This document shows positions 48,453 to 55,323 of a stretch of DNA of 64,000 bases, piece after piece (the first letter of the stretch is position 1; every line of letters begins with the position of its first letter). The notes beneath the pieces were generated by a model. That model worked only from the letters and a program-made list of their open reading frames with translations, had not been told where the DNA came from and searched no databases. A program made the position numbers and the translations under genes. The stretch comes from an uncultured Gammaproteobacteria bacterium (GTDB lineage Bacteria; Pseudomonadota; Gammaproteobacteria; SURF-13): positions 14,679-78,678 of the forward strand of contig CAMTVY010000013.1 of NCBI GenBank assembly GCA_947085325.1, read 5' to 3'.

Positions 48453-48707
48453 GTGAGCAAACGTGTGAAGGGCTGGGTTCTGATCGTTGTAATGACGACA
48501 TTCTTCGCTGGGCCGTTGCTCGCAGAGGATGAGCCATCGCTCCTCAAGGATATGACGGCCGTGATTGCGCTCCTGAGTTTGCCATGTGGTCAGGTCGTCA
48601 GTGCCATACAGCAAGGTGACAACGACCACATCGTGTCATGTCAGGACGGGAACCGCTACCGGGTATTTGTAAACTCCGAGGGCCGGGTCGTCGCGCAGAA
48701 ACAATAA
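48453..48707 (+). CDS. hypothetical small secreted protein (two Cys)
   Basis: 84 aa with a GTG start 21 nt after the lipoprotein stop. The signal peptide is VLIVVMTTFFAGPLLA. I recognise no family. Confidence 0.5.
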   Translation: MSKRVKGWVLIVVMTTFFAGPLLAEDEPSLLKDMTAVIALLSLPCGQVVSAIQQGDNDHIVSCQDGNRYRVFVNSEGRVVAQKQ

Positions 48708-48746
48708 GTGGCAGTGGCCTGCGCATGGCGAATGCGGGCTCGGCGG

Positions 48747-48770
48747 CCAGCGCGAACAAAAAGCAGAAGC
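48747..48770 (+). repeat. direct repeat DR2 (copy of the gpsA 3' end)
   Basis: See DR1. Read in the gpsA-equivalent frame it gives ..GGQREQKAEAF followed by a stop. Confidence 0.7.
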
Positions 48771-48878
48771 GTTTTAAAGTGCAGAGGTTGTTGAGACTTG
48801 ACTCCGTGACTCTGCTACCGTGATGGCTGCTGAGTCCTTCGTTTTTTAAATTCGGCTTGAACCCAGGGAGGCTGCGTC

Positions 48879-49100
48879 ATGAAATCAGCAACGATAACCG
48901 GCATTGCTCTGATCCTGCTTGGCGTGGTCGCCCTCTCCTACCAGGGCATCACCTACACCAGCGAAGAGAAGGTCATCGACATCGGCCCGCTGCAGGCCAC
49001 GACCAATACCGAAAAGACCATCCCGCTGCCGCCCGTGCTGGGGGTATTGGCGCTGGTCGGGGGGATAGTGCTGGTCGTGGTAGGGGCGCGAAAGCCGTAA
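48879..49100 (+). CDS. hypothetical small two-TM membrane protein
   Basis: 73 aa with the Shine-Dalgarno GGGAGG. It has two hydrophobic helices, ITGIALILLGVVAL and PPVLGVLALVGGIVLVVVG. A hairpin AACCGC..GCGGTT follows. Confidence 0.55.
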   Translation: MKSATITGIALILLGVVALSYQGITYTSEEKVIDIGPLQATTNTEKTIPLPPVLGVLALVGGIVLVVVGARKP

Positions 49101-49227
49101 CTTTTAAAAACCGCAGTGAACCGTGCGCGGTTTCTTCCGGGCGACTTTCATAACATCGTAGTAGCGCCTGGCGTATGACGGCCAGGCGGGCGCAGCCCGG
49201 GCGGGGTGAGGCCCGGGACAGTGCTTT

Positions 49228-49335
49228 TTAAGAATGCCGGGTCTGTCCCTTGGCCTTCTTCGCTTCCCTTTTTTCCTTCATGGTCTTGGCCGGTTTCTTC
49301 TTGGTTTGCTTCTTGCTGTCCATGCTTTTACTCAT
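49228..49335 (-). CDS. 35-aa lysine-rich small protein (below the ORF-track length cutoff)
   Basis: My translation is MSKSMDSKKQTKKKPAKTMKEKREAKKAKGQTRHS followed by a stop. An AGGAG lies 8 nt upstream of the ATG. Confidence 0.4.
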   Translation of the reverse strand: MSKSMDSKKQTKKKPAKTMKEKREAKKAKGQTRHS

Positions 49336-49519
49336 GGTTTTCGCTCCTGTATATCCAAGTTATGAAGAGTAGTAGGTCGGCTCAAGGCATCGCCGGAGCC
49401 GACAACGCCTGTTATATTAGCAGTGTCGGATACGCTATGCTTGACCAAGCCTGCGAAATGCAAGTCTCGTTCAAAATAGCGCCCTTGCCAAGCGTAAAAT
49501 TACTCTTTGCACTAAATAG

Positions 49520-49807
49520 GTGATCAAAAGCTTCCGGTACAAAGGACTTGAGAAGTTTTTTAAGACGAGCGCCAAGGCTGGCATCCAGCCGCAGCACGCA
49601 GCCAGGCTGCGTACTCAGCTAACCACTCTAAATATTGCTGAAACGCCGGAAGATATGAGCGTGCCGGGATGAAAACTGCATCGCCTGAAGGGCGATAAAC
49701 ACTTGTTTTGGGCGGTGTGGGTGGATAAAAACTGGCGGCTTGTTTTTCGTTTCCATGAGCAGGATGTCGAACTTGTGGATTATCTGGATTACCACCAGGA
49801 GACAGGT
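49520..49807 (+). pseudogene. higB: higB-type (RelE/ParE superfamily) toxin gene interrupted by an in-frame TGA at codon 51
   Basis: Translation from GTG 49520 gives MIKSFRYKGLEKFFKTSAKAGIQPQHAARLRTQLTTLNIAETPEDMSVPG, then TGA at 49670-49672. The same frame continues KLHRLKGDKHLFWAVWVDKNWRLVFRFHEQDVELVDYLDYH. No stop codon precedes higA. Confidence 0.75.
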
Positions 49808-50083
49808 ATGGAGATGTTTGATCCGGCGCACCCCGGCGAAGTACTGCGGGAGTATTTACCGGAAGGCATGACGGTCAAGGAGGCCGCCAAGCGTCTCGGG
49901 GTCACCCGTCAGGCGCTCTCTGCCCTGTTGAATGGCCGCTCAGACGTGAGCGCAGAGATGGCCTTGCGTCTCGATGCAGCGCTGGATACCAAAGCGGATT
50001 TCTGGCTGCGCCTGCAAATGCAGCGCGATATGTGGGTCGCGCGACAAAAGTCGCGCCCTAAAGTCAGACGGCTTGCGGCATAG
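49808..50083 (+). CDS. higA: HigA-family antitoxin (XRE-type HTH)
   Basis: 91 aa: MEMFDPAHPGEVLREYL..MTVKEAAKRLGVTRQALSALLNGRSDVSAEMALRLDAAL. This matches the HigA addiction-module antidote signature. The Shine-Dalgarno CAGGAGA lies upstream. Confidence 0.85.
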   Translation: MEMFDPAHPGEVLREYLPEGMTVKEAAKRLGVTRQALSALLNGRSDVSAEMALRLDAALDTKADFWLRLQMQRDMWVARQKSRPKVRRLAA

Positions 50084-50254
50084 GTGTGCGCTACTGTGCA
50101 ATCCAGTTGTATCGTTTTCGTAATGTGTTAATGCAAGACCTGACCCTGATACTCCAGGTGTGCGCTACTGTGCAATCCAGTTGTATCGTTTTCGTAATGT
50201 GTTAATGCAAGACCTGACCCTGATACTCCAAGACCTGACCCTGATACCTGATAC
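50084..50254. repeat. 74-bp tandem duplication (two full units plus 17-bp and 7-bp partial units)
   Basis: Units 50084-50157 and 50158-50231 are identical at 73 of 74 positions. They are followed by AGACCTGACCCTGATAC and CTGATAC. The array starts immediately after the higA stop. Confidence 0.9.
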
Positions 50255-50646
50255 TCGCTCCATATTGGACACCAGGCCCCTTGTTGAATAGCAGAGGACT
50301 CAGCCATCCACTCATGCCCTTTGACACACCGCCAGTGGAGCTTGGTTCGGTTATTGGTGTGCTCAGAAGACAGGAACGCACCACCCTTGGCGCGGGCAAG
50401 CTCTTGGATTGCTTCTATGGACTTGGCCTTCTGGCGCCCTTGCCGATGATTCCCACATATTTGGCACCAGTGTCCACGCTTGATATTTGTCGGGAGTGCT
50501 TCCCATTCATGTCCTTTGGCACACCGCCAGCGGAGTTTCGCTTTATTGTTCAGGTATTCATCGGATAAGCATTCCCCACCTCGCTCTCGGGCGAGGGCTT
50601 TATAAAACTCCAGCTGCTCTTCGGGGGTTTTGCTTGGTACAGTCAT
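50128..50646 (-). CDS. tandem zinc-ribbon protein (two repeats of ..GG..LS.EY.N....L.W.C.KGHEW......I..G.WC..C); the 3' end runs into the repeat array, so it may be truncated
   Basis: Repeat 1 has RCAKGHEW..HWCQICG. Repeat 2 has RCVKGHEW..AWCPIW. After that the reading frame is encoded by the 74-bp repeat array (SEYQVSGSGLGVSGSG..). The start is taken at ATG 50646. Confidence 0.5.
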   Translation of the reverse strand: MTVPSKTPEEQLEFYKALARERGGECLSDEYLNNKAKLRWRCAKGHEWEALPTNIKRGHWCQICGNHRQGRQKAKSIEAIQELARAKGGAFLSSEHTNNRTKLHWRCVKGHEWMAESSAIQQGAWCPIWSEYQVSGSGLGVSGSGLALTHYENDTTGLHSSAHLEYQGQVLH

Positions 50647-50760
50647 TTCAATGCTCTGAAATAGTCGGCGCATTGCATAGGTGACGTAGTAAACGTAGCG
50701 TGCGCTGTGCGCACGATCAACGCTTACCAGCGGTGATCATAAAAAAGCAAGCCAAAACAG

Positions 50761-50792
50761 GTATCAGGGTCATGTCATGCAATAACGCATTA
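50761..50792. repeat. 32-bp inverted-repeat partner of the sequence inside the 74-bp units
   Basis: GTATCAGGGTCATGTCATGCAATAACGCATTA compared with the reverse complement of 50121-50152 and 50195-50226 (GTATCAGGGTCAGGTCTTGCATTAACACATTA). 28 of 32 positions are identical. Confidence 0.8.
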
Positions 50793-50880
50793 AAATTCTT
50801 GCTTGCATGCACCATCATCGTCGAACTCGCTGTGCTGTAATGTACCCCGAATTCATCCACTCCGCAAAGCTGGAAATCGG

Positions 50881-51345
50881 TTAATCCGCCCCCGCAAAAC
50901 CCTGCTGCCGCCAAGCTTCGTACAATACAATGGCGACCGCGTTGGAGAGGTTGAGGCTGCGGTTATGGGGCTGCATGGGGATGCGCAAGATATGGTCTTT
51001 GGTCAAGGCATCGAGCACCACTTGTGGCAGGCCGCGCGTTTCCGGGCCGAATAAGAGCGCATCGTCCGGCTGATACGAGACTTCCGCGTAATTGCGCGTG
51101 CCCCGTGTGGAGATGGCAAACAGGCGCGCGGGCCGCACGGTTTCTTTGAAGGCGTCGAGGTTTTCGTGCTGCTGCACGCGGGCCCAGTCGTGGTAGTCGA
51201 GCCCGGCGCGTTTGAGCTTGCTGTCGGTGGGGCTGAAGCCCAGGGGTTTGATTAAATGCAATTGCGCGCCGCTGTTCGCGCACAGGCGTATAATGTTGCC
51301 GGTGTTGGGTGGAATCTCAGGCTCGAATAGCACGACATGAAACAT
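50881..51345 (-). CDS. trmL: tRNA (cytidine34/uridine34-2'-O)-methyltransferase (SpoU/TrmH family)
   Basis: 154 aa with VVLFEPEIPPNTGNIIRLCANSG and LLFGPETRGLP. Confidence 0.9.
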   Translation of the reverse strand: MFHVVLFEPEIPPNTGNIIRLCANSGAQLHLIKPLGFSPTDSKLKRAGLDYHDWARVQQHENLDAFKETVRPARLFAISTRGTRNYAEVSYQPDDALLFGPETRGLPQVVLDALTKDHILRIPMQPHNRSLNLSNAVAIVLYEAWRQQGFAGAD

Positions 51346-51389
51346 AAAAATCCCCCCTCGCCCCCCTTTGCTAAAGGGGGGGTATTTTA

Positions 51390-52355
51390 ATGGACGCGAT
51401 GAATCAAAACATGCTGGCGATGGAGTTCTGCGGCATGCGCTTCAATACGCCGCTGGTGCTGCTCTCCGGTTGCGTGGGGTTCGGTGAAGAATACACGCGC
51501 GTGCATGGATTTTCCAATCGCGACGCGGGCGCGGTGTGCCTTAAGGGGACTACTCTCGCCCCGCGCCTCGGTAATGCGCCGCACCGCGTGTGGGAGACGC
51601 CGATGGGGATGTTGAACGCCATCGGCCTGCAAAACCCCGGCACGGAATACGTCATCAAAAACATTTTGCCCGCGCTCGATTTCAGCGAGACGCGCTTCAT
51701 CGCCAATTTGTCCGGCTCCACGGTGGAGGAATACGCCGAGATCACGCGCCTGTTCGACGACTCACCCATCGACGCGATGGAGATCAACATCTCCTGCCCC
51801 AACGTGAAAGAGGGCGGTGTGGCGTTCGGCAACGACCCGGACATGTCGGCGCGCGTGGTCGCGGCCTGTCGTGCCCAGACCAAAAAGCCGCTCATCACCA
51901 AGTTATCGCCCAATCAGACCGACATTGCGGAGAACGCGCGGCGTTGCATTGAGGCGGGCACCGATGCGTTCGCGGTCATCAACACCCTCATGGGCATGGC
52001 GGTGGACGTTGAAAAACGCACGCCGGTGCTGGGCAACGGACAAGGCGGTCTGTCCGGCCCGGCCATCAAACCCATTGCGCTGCTCAAGGTGCATCAGGTG
52101 TACCAGGTGGCGAAGAAGCACAACATTCCCATCATCGGGCAGGGTGGTATCACCACGGCGCAGGATGCGCTGGAATTTATTATCGCCGGAGCCGCGGCGG
52201 TGGGTATCGGCACCGCGCTGTTTTACGATCCGCTGGTGTGCGCGAAAATCAACGCGGGCATGGTGGAGTATTTGCAGCGCCACCGAATGAATCACGTCTC
52301 GCAACTGGTAGGCTCGCTCAAGTCCTTTCCCGGCATAGACGACTGCTGCGGGTAA
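51390..52355 (+). CDS. class-1 (Cys-type) dihydroorotate dehydrogenase-like flavoprotein
   Basis: 321 aa with GMLNAIGLQNPG, the active-site motif NISCPNV and GGI.T..DA.EFI.AGA. No pyrK-like partner is adjacent. The start is uncertain (ATG 51390 or an internal Met). Confidence 0.8.
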   Translation: MDAMNQNMLAMEFCGMRFNTPLVLLSGCVGFGEEYTRVHGFSNRDAGAVCLKGTTLAPRLGNAPHRVWETPMGMLNAIGLQNPGTEYVIKNILPALDFSETRFIANLSGSTVEEYAEITRLFDDSPIDAMEINISCPNVKEGGVAFGNDPDMSARVVAACRAQTKKPLITKLSPNQTDIAENARRCIEAGTDAFAVINTLMGMAVDVEKRTPVLGNGQGGLSGPAIKPIALLKVHQVYQVAKKHNIPIIGQGGITTAQDALEFIIAGAAAVGIGTALFYDPLVCAKINAGMVEYLQRHRMNHVSQLVGSLKSFPGIDDCCG

Positions 52356-52370
52356 GGCAGCGGCTTCCGA

Positions 52371-52892
52371 TCAGCGCTGTATAAGCAGTTCCCGCTCCGG
52401 GAAATCAAAATCGCGCGGGTCGCCGGCAGGGTAGACCTGGGCGATTACCCTGTCGTCATCACCAAACACCACCACGATGCTTTTCCACGGCAGCGGGCGC
52501 GGCCCCTGAGTGGGGAAGTAGAAGATGCGCGGCTTGCCTGCCTCATACATGATGGGTATTTGGACGGGCTGTTCGTGGCCTATAAAGCCGCAGGGTGCTG
52601 TCGGCGGCCGGTCATGAGACTGGAGCAGGTTTTTGTCCGCATCGTAAAGATAGGCGCTCACATGAACCTCGGCGATGGATACCGCTTTGACGGAGGTCAC
52701 CTCAACCTTGATCGCGGTGACGTCATCCGCGCAATGCGTGCCGATCAGTATCGAGGTGCTTCCGGCATCGGCATGTGTGATGCTGTTGATGGTGTAGCCA
52801 TGCGTGCTGTCGGCCCGGCTCTCGGTGGCGACGCCGAGAAAAGCCATTAACAGGAACGGTAGCGTTGTTGCGAGGTGTCTGTGTGATGGCAT
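52371..52892 (-). CDS. hypothetical secreted protein
   Basis: I trimmed the ORF to ATG 52892 (MPSHRHLATTLPFLLMAFLGVATESRA, a signal peptide). The longer track ORF overlaps the purU 3' end. I recognise no family. Confidence 0.5.
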   Translation of the reverse strand: MPSHRHLATTLPFLLMAFLGVATESRADSTHGYTINSITHADAGSTSILIGTHCADDVTAIKVEVTSVKAVSIAEVHVSAYLYDADKNLLQSHDRPPTAPCGFIGHEQPVQIPIMYEAGKPRIFYFPTQGPRPLPWKSIVVVFGDDDRVIAQVYPAGDPRDFDFPERELLIQR

Positions 52893-52941
52893 GAGCGTGC
52901 GTGTTCCCTTAGTGGTTGGGTGGCCAGTTCCAGAGTTCTGC

Positions 52942-53802
52942 TTATTTAAATACCACGGTGCGGGCGCCGTACACCAGTACCCGGTCTTCCACATGATAAC
53001 GTACGCCGCGCGAGAGCACGGTCTTTTCCACGTCACGCCCCAGCCGGATCAAGTCCTCTGCGGCCTCGCTGTGATCCACGCGGATCACGTCCTGATCGAT
53101 GATAGGGCCTGCGTCGAGTTCGTGGGTGACATAGTGGCAGGTTGCGCCGATCTGTTTCACGCCGCGTTCGAAGGCCTGATGGTAGGGGCGCGCGCCGACG
53201 AAGGCGGGCAGCAGGCCATGATGGATGTTGATGATGCGGTTGGGATAGGTGTTGCAGAAATCGTCCGGCAGGATTTGCATGTAACGCGCCAACACGATGG
53301 CATCCGCCGCATGTTGTTCGCACAGATCCAGAATTCTGGCGTGCGCGAGTTTTTTGTCCTGCGCTGCTACCGGTACATGGATATACGGGATGTCATGCCA
53401 CTCCACCAGTTCCCGCAGGCTGTCGTGATTGGAGATGACGCAGGGGATGTCAAAGTCAAATTCCTTGCTGCGCCAGCGGTAGAGTAAATCGGCGAGGCAG
53501 TGATCCTGCGTGCTCGCCAGCAGCACGATACGCTTTTGGACGGCAGTATCGCTGACACGCCACTGCATGTTGAATTCATCGGCAATGGGGGCGAAGCGTG
53601 AGCAGAACTCCTGCGCGCCGAACGGGAGTGATTCGGCCACAATCTCCTGGCGCAGGAAGAAATGGCCTGTGGCGGGTTCGCTGTGGCTCGCGCTTTCGCT
53701 GATGGTGCCCGCATAGCCGGCAATAAACGCACTCACGGCGGCGATGATGCCCGGGCGGTCGGGGCAGGTGAGGGTCAGCAGGTAGCGGCGTGCGGCAGTC
53801 AT
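52942..53802 (-). CDS. purU: formyltetrahydrofolate deformylase
   Basis: N-terminal ACT domain (LTLTCPDRPGIIAAVS) plus a formyltransferase core (IINIHHGLLPAF, the HxSLLP-type motif). I trimmed the start to ATG 53802. Confidence 0.9.
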   Translation of the reverse strand: MTAARRYLLTLTCPDRPGIIAAVSAFIAGYAGTISESASHSEPATGHFFLRQEIVAESLPFGAQEFCSRFAPIADEFNMQWRVSDTAVQKRIVLLASTQDHCLADLLYRWRSKEFDFDIPCVISNHDSLRELVEWHDIPYIHVPVAAQDKKLAHARILDLCEQHAADAIVLARYMQILPDDFCNTYPNRIINIHHGLLPAFVGARPYHQAFERGVKQIGATCHYVTHELDAGPIIDQDVIRVDHSEAAEDLIRLGRDVEKTVLSRGVRYHVEDRVLVYGARTVVFK

Positions 53803-53911
53803 GGGGGCTGTTGGTTTTTTGGTATCCGTAGTGTTGCACCCTGAGGGGAGCAACGGTGGCCCTATGTTACCAAGGAGTCACGGAGATCCATAATGCTGCG
53901 TGGGCAACGGA

Positions 53912-55321
53912 CTATTCGTCCGCTGTCATAGCCAGTTCCTTGATCTTGCGCGTCAGGGTGTTGCGGCCCCAGCCCAGCAGGCGTGCGGCTTCGAGCCGGC
54001 GGCCCCCGGTATGCTTGAGCGCGCACTCGATCATGATGCGCTCAAAGGCCGGTGTGGCATTGGTGAGCAGGTCGCTGTCGCCACGGGTGAGGCGCTGATC
54101 CGCCCAGCGCCGCAAGGCGGATTCCCAGTTCTCGCTGCCCGAGGCCGGGGTCGCGGCGGTACTCAATTCGGGCGGCAGGTCATCGGGGTGTACCACCTCG
54201 CCGACCGCCATTACGGTAAGCCAGCGGCAGATATTTTCCATCTGGCGTACATTGCCCGGCCAGTCCAGCTTGCTGAGGAAGGTTTCAGTATCAGCGCGCA
54301 GGCGTTTCGGTTTTACGCCCAATTCCTGCGCGGCCTGCACCAGAAAATGCCGCAGCAGCAGCGGGATATCTTCACGCCGCTGCCGTAACGGCGGGATGTG
54401 AATGCGGATGACGTTGAGGCGATGAAACAGGTCTTCGCGGAAGCTGCCTTGCTGTACGCGCTGCTCCAGGTTCTGATGGGTGGCGGCAATGATGCGCACG
54501 TTGGCCTTGATCGGCTGGTGGCCGCCCACGCGGTAAAATTCGCCATCGGAGAGTACGCGCAGCAGCCGCGTCTGCAACTCGGCGGGCATGTCGCCGATTT
54601 CGTCCAGAAACAGCGTGCCGCCATCCGCCTGCTCAAAGCGCCCCTCGCGCTGGGTCTGCGCGCCGGTGAAAGCGCCGCGTTCATGTCCGAACAGTTCCGA
54701 CTCCAGCAGATCGCGCGGGATAGCCGCCATGTTGAGGGCGATGAACGGCTTGTCGGCACGCGGGCTGTGACGATGCAGCGCGTGTGCGACCAGTTCCTTG
54801 CCGGTGCCGGACTCGCCGTTGATGAGCACCGTTATATGCGAGCGTGACAACCGTCCGATGGCGCGGAATACTTCCTGCATCGATGCGGCTTCACCGATGA
54901 TTTCCGCGCCCGCGAGTTCTTCCGCAACAGGGCGCGGAGTGCTGCGTTGCCGCTGGTGGACAATGGCGCGCCGCACCACCTCCACGGCCTCATCGGTGTC
55001 AAAAGGCTTGGGCAGATATTCAAAGGCCCCGCCCTGGTAGGCCGCCACTGCGCTGTCCAGATCGGAGTGTGCGGTGATGATGATGACCGGGAGCTCGGGA
55101 TAGCGGGCGCTCACCTCGGCCAGCAGTGCAAGGCCGTCGGTGCCCGGCATGCGGATGTCGCTGATGAGCGCATCCGGCTGCTCCCGCGCCAGCGCAGCGC
55201 CCACACGGGTAGCGCTGTCGAAACAGGTAACCTCCATGTTGGCCTGTTGCAGCGCCTTTTCCAGTACCCAGCGGATCGAGCGGTCGTCATCAATGACCCA
55301 GACGCGATCTTTGTCAGTCAT
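53912..55321 (-). CDS. ntrC: nitrogen regulation response regulator NtrC (sigma-54 activator)
   Basis: 469 aa: a receiver domain (DDD..., D at ISDIRMPG), an AAA+ domain with GESGTGKE and GAFTGA, and a C-terminal Fis-type HTH. Confidence 0.93.
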   Translation of the reverse strand: MTDKDRVWVIDDDRSIRWVLEKALQQANMEVTCFDSATRVGAALAREQPDALISDIRMPGTDGLALLAEVSARYPELPVIIITAHSDLDSAVAAYQGGAFEYLPKPFDTDEAVEVVRRAIVHQRQRSTPRPVAEELAGAEIIGEAASMQEVFRAIGRLSRSHITVLINGESGTGKELVAHALHRHSPRADKPFIALNMAAIPRDLLESELFGHERGAFTGAQTQREGRFEQADGGTLFLDEIGDMPAELQTRLLRVLSDGEFYRVGGHQPIKANVRIIAATHQNLEQRVQQGSFREDLFHRLNVIRIHIPPLRQRREDIPLLLRHFLVQAAQELGVKPKRLRADTETFLSKLDWPGNVRQMENICRWLTVMAVGEVVHPDDLPPELSTAATPASGSENWESALRRWADQRLTRGDSDLLTNATPAFERIMIECALKHTGGRRLEAARLLGWGRNTLTRKIKELAMTADE

Positions 55322-55323
55322 GG

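Noticed and set aside
49670-49672. TGA in higB as selenocysteine, Trp recoding or programmed read-through
   Set aside because: Many genes in this window terminate with TGA. I saw no SECIS-like hairpin immediately downstream. A decaying toxin gene is the simpler explanation.
50084-50254. CRISPR array, integron attC site or Xer dif/pdif site as an explanation for the 74-bp repeats
   Set aside because: There are no unique spacers, since the units are contiguous. There are no R''/R' GTTRRRY cores. TTTCGTA and TGTTAAT resemble pdif arms but lie only 3 nt apart, where about 12 nt would be required.
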